From the sequence record OR620964.1: DNA of 64,000 nucleotides; one strand, written 5' to 3'. The position numbers and the translations under genes were made by a program. Under the pieces are notes generated by a model. It was not told where the DNA came from. It ran no database searches and saw only the letters and a list, made by a program, of their open reading frames with translations. Shown here piece by piece: positions 39,731 through 49,833 of this stretch. How positions within the stretch are numbered: the stretch's first letter is position 1; each line of letters starts with the position of its first letter.

Positions 39731-40504
39731 TCACTCCATTACCAAATAGGTTACTGTGAGTTTAGGCTTGGCCGCCGTTACGCCGATGTTACGTATGACC
39801 CAATACTGATATCTCGTACCATCAGTATTAGAAACAAAGGCGTACCGACGATGTTTGACGAATTTATCATCCTCTTCCGTAACTCCCTCGTCTGACATGA
39901 AATTAGTAGAAGATCGGAATCTGTATGGATTTTTGTCGTTCCTTTCCGCAGATGTGTGACATTCTATTTGAATATCATATGCGTTCAAGGTAACTTCAAG
40001 CAGCATACTGGTTCGCGCCATCTCAAGGTCAAACTGCAAATCCATACCAGGATTGAGGTAGGAAAGAGCTTCGTATTCTTTTGTAATGCGGGTACCTTTA
40101 TCCGCACTACCACTCAAGTCTACCCAAATAAGAGTATTATTAGGACCTGAGATTAAACTATAACCGGCACCAGGACTTTCAGGAATACGATTACTAGCGC
40201 CTAGTGTCACGACAGTAATCCCTTCCGCGTTTGTTGCAGAGACAAGAGGATTCTCGAAAGTGTAACGGCCTCCCCCACCGAGGGAAGCCTCCTTCCATGT
40301 GGTCAAGTCCGCGGCAACTTGATATAGCTTACCGGGACTTGTACACCATACGAGCATACCCTCAAGCCGTGCACCTCTTGGTATTGCATCCCGCGCTACA
40401 TCATCTGCGACACAACGCATACCACCACGAATATACTTATCTTCGAGTAGGAATGGAAGTGAGGTAGTTGCGGGCTGCAAGAAAGAGTTCATAATCACAG
40501 CCAT
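39731..40504 (-). CDS. Tail-fibre-associated protein (257 aa)
   Basis: Start reassigned to ATG 40504 (AAGGAG SD). IRGGMRCV....RDAI....R.EGMLVW....KLYQ pattern seen in phage fibre proteins. Confidence 0.55.
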   Translation of the reverse strand: MAVIMNSFLQPATTSLPFLLEDKYIRGGMRCVADDVARDAIPRGARLEGMLVWCTSPGKLYQVAADLTTWKEASLGGGGRYTFENPLVSATNAEGITVVTLGASNRIPESPGAGYSLISGPNNTLIWVDLSGSADKGTRITKEYEALSYLNPGMDLQFDLEMARTSMLLEVTLNAYDIQIECHTSAERNDKNPYRFRSSTNFMSDEGVTEEDDKFVKHRRYAFVSNTDGTRYQYWVIRNIGVTAAKPKLTVTYLVME

Positions 40505-40517
40505 CAGATACTCCTTA

Positions 40518-43500
40518 TTACGGGCGACCAGACGTTGGGTCAGAAGAACCGTATATGATACTATATACGTATCGGTTAACACCGAACGGGAAGTCATTAC
40601 GCCAAATGACATAATCAATTCCGTTTATGGTAACCTCAGCGCATCCTACAAAGTTAAAGTCGTCAAACTCCTGAGCACCATCCCATGAGCCTGCAAATCC
40701 ATAACTACCAGTTGTATAGTCACGGAAGTAACCATATCCCAACCGCTTAGGCCAAGCAACATAGAAGAACTTGCCGTTAGCATCAGTTGAAGCATTAGCA
40801 GGACAGGTAACGAATTGCTCACCTGTAGTAGTCAGAATAGTAGTCATTGACTCCATGAAGGCTGCGTTATATCCAGACAGACCCATTACTTTAGTCAGTG
40901 TACCAAAGCGTGGAGTGTATTCACCAGCACTATCTTCTTTCTTCACGGTTACATCTTTTGTTGCAGTTACCTGAACACCATTAAGAGTATACGTAGCTGT
41001 TATTGTAACGACAGCATCAGCAGTAACACTATTGGTAGTCAGTAATCCGCCAGGTATAGTTGCGGTAACAGTACCAGACTTAACAGCAACAGTCCACACA
41101 GCAGACGTTGTAACATCAGGAGTTGTGGCATCGCTCAGGCTAGCAGTAGCACGATAGCTTGTATTAACACCACCGATAACAGATGCAGGGCCTACGATAG
41201 TCAGAGACTCTGGCAGGATCTGATTTGCCAGAACTTTAACACTCAACTCAGGCGTATACTGAACACCACCAACAGTACATGTACCAACCATAATAAACGT
41301 CTGGTCAGATGATACAGAACCAGCAGTAGCAACATCACCAGAGAAGGTCACATAGTTGATTGCTGTCTTAGCACTGAGCACAGGCGTTGCTGTCATATCT
41401 GCCTGGTCAGAGAACTTAAATAGCACGGTGTACGTGCCAGACTGACCGGAGGATAGCTCAGTTGGACCAACAAGCGTAATAGATGTTGGGTGCAGACCTG
41501 TATCTGCAATTACAATTGATTTGGTTGTAGAGTAAGGCTGACCTAAGTACATAACGTTAGCAACAGACAATGTGATAGTCTGATTACCTGTGACATTCTT
41601 GGCAGTCAGTTTCGTGTTGTACGTCTCGGTAGCTTCCAGTGTTGCATAAGCTCCACCGACAGGCAATGACCAAGTTCCCACGTTTGCTGTAGGATTAACA
41701 AGTAGGCCAGACATCATTTCGATGCGAACACGATAAGTATTAACAGTAAGCTCATCAACAGTCGCAGGGCCTTCGATGATAGCACGGACAGCTTCATCTA
41801 CCAGTCCATTGACAACGAATGTTGTAGAAGAGGTCTTAACAACAGAATCAACAGTCGCAACAGTACCAAACGTGATATTCAGATTGCCGTAGTAGTTAGA
41901 CAGCGCTTTCACAGTACGCAGTCTCCAGCCAAGAGAACCGGATGGAGGAACTAAGGTAAACCATTCTGCATACAGCACACCAAGAGTTATCGTGATCTCA
42001 CTCGCAGTAGCAAGACGTGTACTACCGTCAGTGAACGTCAAGGTTGATACGATAGGCAGTTCTTTGTTCGCAGGATCACCGTACACAAAGCCAGGTGCGG
42101 CAGATGATACAGAATCCAGAACTATGGTAATAACATTCTTGATGGTAACAGACTTATCAGCAGTCAGGCCCTGAGAAACAGCACGAATCAAAGTAATCTG
42201 ATCTTGTGTTACTGTACCGGCTGTCAAACGACCTGTAGTAGCTATCGTCGCGAATGCTTGGCCTTGAATAACAGACCACACTACTCCAGTAGCAGCAACT
42301 CGACTACCATCAGACATAACGTACTGAGCGGCATAGAGTGAACTGGCTTCTTCATTTACGAAATCAGCACCGATAATCTCAAGAGACAGCGGAACTATAG
42401 CAGAACCAACCAGAGTAACAACCAAGTTAGCTGTTTTGGTGATACTGTTTTCCGTATACGAAGCAACAAGCGTTACGTTTGCTGACGGGATATTTACTTC
42501 ACCAACAGTCAGACGGCCATCTGCAAATGTAGCATACTGACTGGCTGCCATTAGCTTGAATTCATCAGGAGTAATAACACGCGTTGATGTATCGCTGTAG
42601 GTAGCGAGAACTGTGTAATCACTATGCGTATTCTGTTCAACAGAGTTAGCACCGATGATTTGAATCCGGGTCAGGTTAACAACAGGAATCACATTCAGAA
42701 TCATGATATCCAGTGTTGCTAACTTGGTGATGCCATCGAGTGTATAACTGGCGCTCAACGTAACAGCAGTATCTACCTCAATAGAACCTGCGTTAACGGT
42801 CTTGTTCACGATGCTAACAACTTGCGGCTTGTCGGCAGTGAACGTCAGAGGGTTAACATTACGGGTTGTGCCGTCGCTCATGGTAGCAATAAATACATAG
42901 TTTGCACTGGTATTCTCTTGCAACGCCGTAGAGCCTTGAATAGCCAAACTGGTTAAGACAGGAGCTTGGACTGCATGAACAATTGTGATTGCCTTACGGC
43001 CACTGATTGTCTGCCCGTTCTGCGTATAGTTGGCTTGCAGTTCAACGGCACGGTCAGCAACTTCTTCTTTCTTGGCAGTTACTCGATTACCTGAGATAAC
43101 TGTATACTGCGTTGGAGCTGCAAGGAAAGAATCAGGAGTAATCATTTCTGTATTACCGTTCGACCAAGTAATACGGAACGTATACGACTCAGACAATTCA
43201 CTTGCAATTGAAGAAGCACCAATGATCTCAAGCAACGTCATGACCTGTGCTTTAACTGTCACGTCTTTCGTTGCAGTATACGTCTGGCCATTAGTTATAT
43301 ACGTGGCTGTCAGGCGAACAACAGTATCCACGCCGGACGTACCAGCAGTTGCCTGTAGACCATTGAGAGACAACAGTTGGTCATTGGCAGAAGTGAAGTT
43401 ATTTGGTGTTACAGCTTGACTTGCGCCAGACTGATAACGAGCAACAATGCTGTAGGTTGTACGCTGTGTTGCATACAGTACAGCATCACCAACGATAGAC

Positions 43501-44510
43501 AAGGATACCATTGGGTCATCAGGAATAAATCTATTACGAATATGTAGATCGTAAGATGCGTATACCCAATTCCCATAAACAGGATCTTTCAGCTTCGCAT
43601 ACACCTTAACTACTAAATCCGTTGCTAAGTCAGGCGCATGTAATAGACCGGTCTCGCTGATAGTTACACCTACAGCGTTCTCTTCAATAGACCATATTGC
43701 ACCAACAGGATTCTGCACTACACGATCTTCAAACTCAGCAGTGCTGACCATCTGAATTTCAGTATTATCACTAATGAATGATGCATCACCAGGCAGACTA
43801 ATACGCAGATTAAGAAGATGAGGTGAGTTCCAATCAACGTTATTAGCAGAAGGTTTTACCCAACGGCCTATGTACTTGTTAACATCGGCAGGATCACGAT
43901 CAACAATGGCCAGCACCATTCCATCAGCAGGAGCAGTAGACGTACCGACTTCAACAAACGCTTTATCGTTCAGGCGAATGATGGTACGTGGGTAGTCATC
44001 ATGGTCATGCGCAGTAGGGTACCGAGCATTTGACATACGTGGGTCGGAGCTGGAGACAACAACTACGTTCGCTGGATCAGTAGGATCATCTTTCAGTATA
44101 ACAGAACCTAAGCGAGACGTATTGGCAGTAGGAATAACTACATCGCCAGTTTCAATCCCAAGGTCAGAAGCATTCTCAACGACAAAGCGATAAATCTGCT
44201 TTGACTTAAACAGATTATCGTAGTCTGTTATGGTAGCCCAAGAGCTTCGGTGATTACCGTCAGTGATATGGCTAGTACGCAAGAGCACGAACTGGTACTG
44301 CGGGCTACCTGAGTTGGCATCAATCCAGATAACGTTGTAAGGCGTATCGGAGAAAGAAGGCTCAGTCAGACTAACGATAACACGATATACTTCCGTTTGG
44401 TCATTTGCATTAGGACGAAACAGAAACGTGATTGGATTACGTGGAGTCAATCCTCGTGTACGTGCTAGGCCAATGTATTGCTTGGCAAAGCTATCAATGG
44501 TTATTGCCAT
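40518..44510 (-). CDS. Ig-like repeat fibre protein (1330 aa)
   Basis: About nine ~95-aa repeats (L.I.G...V....T..Y.......DG........W/F..........G.L......D..V.L.A.Y). The N-terminal domain is shared with two downstream-coordinate genes and the C-terminal domain with 45799-46503. Confidence 0.8.
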   Translation of the reverse strand: MAITIDSFAKQYIGLARTRGLTPRNPITFLFRPNANDQTEVYRVIVSLTEPSFSDTPYNVIWIDANSGSPQYQFVLLRTSHITDGNHRSSWATITDYDNLFKSKQIYRFVVENASDLGIETGDVVIPTANTSRLGSVILKDDPTDPANVVVVSSSDPRMSNARYPTAHDHDDYPRTIIRLNDKAFVEVGTSTAPADGMVLAIVDRDPADVNKYIGRWVKPSANNVDWNSPHLLNLRISLPGDASFISDNTEIQMVSTAEFEDRVVQNPVGAIWSIEENAVGVTISETGLLHAPDLATDLVVKVYAKLKDPVYGNWVYASYDLHIRNRFIPDDPMVSLSIVGDAVLYATQRTTYSIVARYQSGASQAVTPNNFTSANDQLLSLNGLQATAGTSGVDTVVRLTATYITNGQTYTATKDVTVKAQVMTLLEIIGASSIASELSESYTFRITWSNGNTEMITPDSFLAAPTQYTVISGNRVTAKKEEVADRAVELQANYTQNGQTISGRKAITIVHAVQAPVLTSLAIQGSTALQENTSANYVFIATMSDGTTRNVNPLTFTADKPQVVSIVNKTVNAGSIEVDTAVTLSASYTLDGITKLATLDIMILNVIPVVNLTRIQIIGANSVEQNTHSDYTVLATYSDTSTRVITPDEFKLMAASQYATFADGRLTVGEVNIPSANVTLVASYTENSITKTANLVVTLVGSAIVPLSLEIIGADFVNEEASSLYAAQYVMSDGSRVAATGVVWSVIQGQAFATIATTGRLTAGTVTQDQITLIRAVSQGLTADKSVTIKNVITIVLDSVSSAAPGFVYGDPANKELPIVSTLTFTDGSTRLATASEITITLGVLYAEWFTLVPPSGSLGWRLRTVKALSNYYGNLNITFGTVATVDSVVKTSSTTFVVNGLVDEAVRAIIEGPATVDELTVNTYRVRIEMMSGLLVNPTANVGTWSLPVGGAYATLEATETYNTKLTAKNVTGNQTITLSVANVMYLGQPYSTTKSIVIADTGLHPTSITLVGPTELSSGQSGTYTVLFKFSDQADMTATPVLSAKTAINYVTFSGDVATAGSVSSDQTFIMVGTCTVGGVQYTPELSVKVLANQILPESLTIVGPASVIGGVNTSYRATASLSDATTPDVTTSAVWTVAVKSGTVTATIPGGLLTTNSVTADAVVTITATYTLNGVQVTATKDVTVKKEDSAGEYTPRFGTLTKVMGLSGYNAAFMESMTTILTTTGEQFVTCPANASTDANGKFFYVAWPKRLGYGYFRDYTTGSYGFAGSWDGAQEFDDFNFVGCAEVTINGIDYVIWRNDFPFGVNRYVYSIIYGSSDPTSGRP

Positions 44511-45145
44511 TATTGATCCTCCAGCAGATCAGAAGCTGCGATTTTCCCGTAAGAAGCATTGATATCGCTATCCGCCACAAACGTTGTACCATTGGCACCA
44601 ACAGGAGCATCCATCAATACACTACCACTTGCCGTACGAACACGAACAAGAGGTTTCTCTGGATGCATTTCTGCATGAGGTGTAGGGATACGAGCATCTG
44701 TGTTACGTGGGTCTGTAGTAGACACAAATGTAGGTCTACCAACAGATGCAGGCTCTGTTGTGAGTTTAGCAATACCATGGGAGTCAGTAGTTGCCTTATC
44801 CAGACCGCTACCTGCTTCCGTATCAGATGGATCGTAATACTGTGGTGCCCAGACAGCGTTGATATTTGTTACCTGCTGCCACGTATGATGGAATTTTGTT
44901 GAAGGTGCTTTGGATACACGCTGCATCAACTTAAGGTAGAAGTCACTGCGCTTATCCATACACAGCCAGATGACATTCATTGGCAGCACATAATCAAAAG
45001 GCTCAGTAGCACAAATGATTTGCGTACAACTAATGTTTAGCACTGGATTGATCTGGCGAACAGTCTGCGCTGTATCTACATTGGACATAAATCCAGTCAC
45101 GTCTAACAGCGCCTGACTGAATGCATTGAGCGTTACTGGTGTCAT
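44510..45145 (-). CDS. Fibre-attachment-like protein, paralog of the N-terminal domain of the 1330-aa protein
   Basis: EPFDYVLPMNVIW, DPRNTDARIPTPH. Confidence 0.6.
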   Translation of the reverse strand: MTPVTLNAFSQALLDVTGFMSNVDTAQTVRQINPVLNISCTQIICATEPFDYVLPMNVIWLCMDKRSDFYLKLMQRVSKAPSTKFHHTWQQVTNINAVWAPQYYDPSDTEAGSGLDKATTDSHGIAKLTTEPASVGRPTFVSTTDPRNTDARIPTPHAEMHPEKPLVRVRTASGSVLMDAPVGANGTTFVADSDINASYGKIAASDLLEDQ

Positions 45146-45768
45146 GACAATTCATCCTCTTTCAGTTTACGCCATTGGACAGTGTTATCTTTTAACACCA
45201 GTATCTGATTCAGCAAAGGCTTAGACTGGTCTTGAATAGGAACGAACTCAGCACCTGTTGTACCATTAATGCTTATCATCGATGCAGGCTTCTCTGGATG
45301 CGTATGATCCAGTGGCGGTCTATTATCGGTAAGTGATGCGTCACCTTCAATAATAACACGCGCAGTTGCTTCTGGATAAGATAGATATCCAATACCATGC
45401 GTCAGGCTTGTTGCTAATGGCGGCAGTTCTGTATTAATAACTACCAGATCAGCTGGGTCATATTGTTGATCAGCCGTAGCATCAGCATAGAAATAAAGCT
45501 CAGTCCAAACATCTTGATAAGGGTCAGATGAATGCTTAACTGTACGCTTAAACGCACGTTTGAATGTCATGCTCTCTGGATCATAATCAATCCATATTGC
45601 ATTGATAGGTAGAACAACATAACGAGGACGCGTATATGCACAGTAAAACAAAAGCCCCAATGAAGAAGTAGCGCTAGGCATACGGAACATTATGGGGTTC
45701 TTGTTCTGACTATGAATATTCGTTATCACCTCTACGTTATTAACGAACTGTTCAAGTTTCAGTTCCAT
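45142..45768 (-). CDS. Fibre-attachment-like protein, second paralog
   Basis: VLPINAIWID, DASLTDNRPPLDHTHPEKP. Confidence 0.6.
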   Translation of the reverse strand: MELKLEQFVNNVEVITNIHSQNKNPIMFRMPSATSSLGLLFYCAYTRPRYVVLPINAIWIDYDPESMTFKRAFKRTVKHSSDPYQDVWTELYFYADATADQQYDPADLVVINTELPPLATSLTHGIGYLSYPEATARVIIEGDASLTDNRPPLDHTHPEKPASMISINGTTGAEFVPIQDQSKPLLNQILVLKDNTVQWRKLKEDELS

Positions 45769-45798
45769 TGTACTCTCCGTCTACGGAATGTATTGAAG

Positions 45799-46503
45799 TT
45801 ACACTTCACCAGATTTAGGCGTAGTAGATCCATAAAGAATACTGAACACGTAATTATTCACACCGAAAGGAAAATCATTTCGATAGATAACGTGTGGTAC
45901 TCCTGCAATATCTATTTCACAAGGCCCGCTGTACGTGAAGTCATCGAAGTCCTCTGCACCATCCCACGAACCAGCAAACCCATAACTACCACTTGTATAA
46001 TCTCGGAAGTATCCGTAACCTAATCTCTTAGGCCACATAACGTAAAAGTACATGCGATTTTGGTCAGTCGAGGTATTGGCTGGACATGTAACGAACTGCT
46101 CACCTGTATCAGTAAGCGAAGTAGTCAGGGAGGAAAAGAATGCTGCATCATATCCAGCAGCGGACAGGACTTTTTCATGTATGCCAAATCTTGGGCTTAT
46201 CTCATTTAGAGAAAGTCTAGACACACGCATCAAGGCAGAAGAGAATATACGAGTAACACCATCACCATTAAACAGCGTGGCTCTGATATCGCTCTCACCT
46301 GAGGGCAGCGAAACATCAAGTTGATTGTATTGCTCAATAGTACCAGAGAACTGAGCTACTACCGTGTTGTCTGCCTTCTCTATCTTTAAGATAGCATTAG
46401 CTGGTATGGTTTCGGTTATCTGCACTACACAGCGTATAACTTCTGAGGGCTGTATCAATCTATACTTGACATCACCATTAACGCTTAATCCTATCACTAG
46501 CAA
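45799..46503 (-). CDS. Fibre-tip-like protein sharing the C-terminal domain of the 1330-aa protein
   Basis: The last 131 aa align without gaps; 89/131 identical by hand count. Confidence 0.7.
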   Translation of the reverse strand: MLVIGLSVNGDVKYRLIQPSEVIRCVVQITETIPANAILKIEKADNTVVAQFSGTIEQYNQLDVSLPSGESDIRATLFNGDGVTRIFSSALMRVSRLSLNEISPRFGIHEKVLSAAGYDAAFFSSLTTSLTDTGEQFVTCPANTSTDQNRMYFYVMWPKRLGYGYFRDYTSGSYGFAGSWDGAEDFDDFTYSGPCEIDIAGVPHVIYRNDFPFGVNNYVFSILYGSTTPKSGEV

Positions 46504-46551
46504 CCTCCAAAGCGATAGGCAGGGACACCAAATAGATGCCCCTTACCAGTA

Positions 46552-48225
46552 TTAGGCCAACGTTGTTGAAGTCGAGCCTTTCGGATTGATATTAAAGCGA
46601 TAGATAATGCGCTTGGTCGTTCTGGTAGGATCAAGAATAATATCCATGACCAAATCACCGTTTGCGATTGTCTGAGGCGTGTTGTTAACGTCATTACACA
46701 CAACAACATAACCTTGTGAACCAGAATTACCACCACGCAAACCACGAGCCAGCTTAATCTCTTCGAGGAATTTCTCTACCATAGCTTTAAGCTGTTGGCG
46801 TAGGATATCATCGTTTGGATCAAACAAGCCAATCTTAGCAGAGCGATGGCAGACTTCCAGCACATAGCTTACCATACGCTGAATAGGAACCATCTGGAAT
46901 GCGCTATCTGTATTCAGTAACGTACTAGCTTCCCAAATAGCATAACCACCGCCAAGAACAGCAGGAAGTTTCCTGATATAGTTAATCTGCTCACGGGTGA
47001 ATGCGTCACGATCTTCTTGGTCATACTTAAATCGTAGGCCAAGAATATTCAACTTAGCACTCGCTGTAATACCAGCAGGAGCAAACCACTGACCGCGATT
47101 ATTATCTGTCAGGCAGTATGCAGCAGCAACTTGACCAACGCATGGAACCCACAAGTAACGCCCTGTATCTTTGTCAAAGATTTTAATGTCTGACGTATAT
47201 AGAGAAACGTTTCGGGTATTCAAGTTCAGGATTTGGCGACGGTACTGAATAGCTTTCGTCACAGACTGATATGCAGTAGGAAAAGATCCAATTACATGAC
47301 AGTTGATATGCTTATCCGCAGTAGCTTTCATGGAGCGGTGCAGGATATGATCATCAAGCCCACTAGACACAAGAAGCGTTACACGCACTTCTTCTGGATC
47401 ACCGAAGTAATCCTCAAAGCCTTTGGCAATATCATCAGATGTGAGTTTATCACCATCATCGCCGCCTTTCATGAATACAAAGTCTGTAGTCAGGAATTCA
47501 ATATCATGAACAAAGTATTCGTTCTGGATAAAGCGGAAGTTAGAATCATCTTCCTCAAGGCACGTAGTAATTCGATACTGCTTATCAAAATCATCCTTGT
47601 AATCAAAGAGAGTACATGTATGAGTTTGTGCAGGTGAGCTACCATTCTCAAAGTTCTGGAACTCGTCTACGTAGAACTGTTTAGGGTTATACGAACGACG
47701 GTCATCAAATGCATTAAGCCCAAGTGGAACTGACGGTCTTACTTGCAGACTCATCTGGTCGTTCCATTTACCTGGGTTCTCAAGAATGAAATAACCAATA
47801 ATGTTATCATTCAGAGGATCAGTAGGTAGGAACCCTAATTGATCTGGACTATTAACACCTACTACATCGCCATTATCATCCACATAGTTGCTCAAGCGGA
47901 TAACTGGCTGTACAGCAGCAGGGTCATCAACAGTCAATACAGCTACAGCGTACTTGGCATTCTTAGCCAAGCGCACATACATCATGCTATTAGTTTGTTC
48001 AGAGATTGGTTCTGCAATGTACAAGCCCAACCCATATCGCGGATCGCGTTTGCCGAAGATATTGGTCAAATCATCAGGGCTTCGTACAGGCACACGTTTG
48101 TTGATTGAACCCTTGGCCGCCATACCAACCATTCCCACAACGGATGCTGCCAGCGAAGCAGCTCCCGGTGAAAGATCAGTTACAGAGGTATAGACACCCG
48201 CAGACTTGTGCGTGGTATTAATCAT
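46552..48225 (-). CDS. Tail sheath protein 2 (557 aa)
   Basis: Start reassigned to ATG 48225 (AAGGAG SD). SAGVYTS, KGSIN, GGDDG, WFAPAG, QINYI, IQRM, PTRTTKRI. Confidence 0.9.
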   Translation of the reverse strand: MINTTHKSAGVYTSVTDLSPGAASLAASVVGMVGMAAKGSINKRVPVRSPDDLTNIFGKRDPRYGLGLYIAEPISEQTNSMMYVRLAKNAKYAVAVLTVDDPAAVQPVIRLSNYVDDNGDVVGVNSPDQLGFLPTDPLNDNIIGYFILENPGKWNDQMSLQVRPSVPLGLNAFDDRRSYNPKQFYVDEFQNFENGSSPAQTHTCTLFDYKDDFDKQYRITTCLEEDDSNFRFIQNEYFVHDIEFLTTDFVFMKGGDDGDKLTSDDIAKGFEDYFGDPEEVRVTLLVSSGLDDHILHRSMKATADKHINCHVIGSFPTAYQSVTKAIQYRRQILNLNTRNVSLYTSDIKIFDKDTGRYLWVPCVGQVAAAYCLTDNNRGQWFAPAGITASAKLNILGLRFKYDQEDRDAFTREQINYIRKLPAVLGGGYAIWEASTLLNTDSAFQMVPIQRMVSYVLEVCHRSAKIGLFDPNDDILRQQLKAMVEKFLEEIKLARGLRGGNSGSQGYVVVCNDVNNTPQTIANGDLVMDIILDPTRTTKRIIYRFNINPKGSTSTTLA

Positions 48226-48250
48226 GTGAGTCTCCTTGGTTAGACAGTTA

Positions 48251-48261
48251 AAATTAGCGTC
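48251..48261 (-). promoter_or_regulatory. GACGCTAATTT late-promoter-like motif upstream of sheath 2
   Basis: Lies between a terminator and the start codon; recurs elsewhere. Confidence 0.45.
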
Positions 48262-48278
48262 GTTCGAGCCTAAGACGC

Positions 48279-48305
48279 AAAATGGGCAGCCGAAGCCACC
48301 CATTT
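48279..48305 (-). terminator. Rho-independent terminator with C(UUCG)G loop
   Basis: AAATGGGTGGC-TTCG-GCTGCCCATTT followed by T. Confidence 0.85.
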
Positions 48306-48307
48306 AA

Positions 48308-48781
48308 TTACACCCTTCTATATGTATCCAAGAATGCTTGTTTCTCAATCCTATAAATATCGCCATTTGGTTCAAATGTAATTGAGCACAAATAGTCTCC
48401 AGAGTTTAGGATCATGGGTTCTCCCCAAGAAGCAATAAACTGTAGAGAAGGTCCTTTATACCCAAAGGCATAGCAGGTACCAGTGGCAGAATACTTCTGG
48501 TCATGCGCGTCGGGCGAAGGTCCAGAGTATCGTTTTTTAAATTTGTCGATATCTATGACGTACTTCTCTCCACCAGGATTAGTGACAATCATGTCCGTAG
48601 ATTTTGTCACATTTTGTGTCTCTACTTTGCCTCCAATTTCTGTGACAACAGTTTCTCCACCAGAAGACTGACGAGCAAGTACATGGCCATACTTTTTGTA
48701 TTTATGAGCAATGTCCTTCTTCCAGTACTTGGCGATATCAGACTGCGTTAGAGCTTTACTCATAGACAGTTTTATTTTCAT
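48308..48781 (-). CDS. PGDYG-like protein (157 aa)
   Basis: DMIVTNPGGEKYVI...FKKRY and ASWGEPMILNSGDYL resemble the PGDYG family. Confidence 0.6.
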   Translation of the reverse strand: MKIKLSMSKALTQSDIAKYWKKDIAHKYKKYGHVLARQSSGGETVVTEIGGKVETQNVTKSTDMIVTNPGGEKYVIDIDKFKKRYSGPSPDAHDQKYSATGTCYAFGYKGPSLQFIASWGEPMILNSGDYLCSITFEPNGDIYRIEKQAFLDTYRRV

Positions 48782-49833
48782 GCAGGTACATCTTCCTCTT
48801 GTTTTAGTGGAAGCAGGATTGTGGGATAGTGCGCATCAAACTCACTCTTTGGAATCTGGAACCCGGCTGCATTTTCATGACCGTTGCCGCCTTTATCCAT
48901 ACTCAATTTCTTAGCACTGTAGGAGTAATTAGGTCTTGATCGGGCAGACACAAAAACAGTATCAGCACGATCATCATGACCACAACTAACCATAAGAGCT
49001 AATGAATACTCTGGGTAGTGATCAAATACATACTGGCCAACTTCTGATCGTATAGCACGTTCGGCAGATACAACAACGTGTGGAACTTGAATAAAGTCAT
49101 TACCTTTAGAGAATATAGCACTCGTCTCAAGCAATTCTTTTATTGTAGCATCACGCTTAACGATTCGTGCACGGCCTTCTTGCACCAATTGCTCTACATT
49201 ACCTTTACGTATAATGTTTCTGCATTTTGATACAGTGCTAGGCAATTCGGTATACAGTACACCAGTCTTCTCAACATCAGAGAAAACTTCAGGTGCATAT
49301 CCCTCATAGAACTCGAAAGCACGAACGTTACTCCGCACCCAGATATCACGATCGGATACTAACTGGCTAATCTCAATAAGATGACCGAGGAACATAGCTA
49401 CACGTTCACCACCAGATGAGAACTTGGTCAACTGCTTCATGTAGGCAAGCAACGTACCACTGCCCGCGGCATTGAAGTGCATGTTAGAGCTGGGTTGGAC
49501 ACCAACAGCAGTACACGCTTCATCATAGATAGAATGCTGGCGAACGTTATGGTGGTCTAGCACAACCAGATTAGACTTATACTTCTTCGTGAACAATGCA
49601 AGTTGCTGCTCCGTAAGAGAGAAGTCTACAATGATCATCGAATCGTATTGCCACATATCCGGACGTAGCTCCAAAGAAAGACCAGCAGCATCTACGATAG
49701 GACCATCATTAGGTACATAGTTTAATGCCATGAAATGCACTTCATCCATCGGATGTGCAAGGGCTGTAACGGCTGCGGCCATTGACCCATCTGCACAGCT
49801 ACCGTGGTATAGGACAATTATTTTCACGACCAT
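48778..49833 (-). CDS. DHH/DHHA1-family phosphoesterase
   Basis: YHGSCADG, IVDFS, LDHH, DRDIW, SARS and GGNGHENAAGF. Confidence 0.88.
   Translation of the reverse strand: MVVKIIVLYHGSCADGSMAAAVTALAHPMDEVHFMALNYVPNDGPIVDAAGLSLELRPDMWQYDSMIIVDFSLTEQQLALFTKKYKSNLVVLDHHNVRQHSIYDEACTAVGVQPSSNMHFNAAGSGTLLAYMKQLTKFSSGGERVAMFLGHLIEISQLVSDRDIWVRSNVRAFEFYEGYAPEVFSDVEKTGVLYTELPSTVSKCRNIIRKGNVEQLVQEGRARIVKRDATIKELLETSAIFSKGNDFIQVPHVVVSAERAIRSEVGQYVFDHYPEYSLALMVSCGHDDRADTVFVSARSRPNYSYSAKKLSMDKGGNGHENAAGFQIPKSEFDAHYPTILLPLKQEEDVPA

Noticed and set aside
40518-46194. Diversity-generating retroelement (TR/VR pair) from the two similar C-terminal fibre domains
   Set aside because: Differences are spread over all bases and many are synonymous rather than adenine-specific. 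Both copies are coding, and no reverse transcriptase is present in the window.
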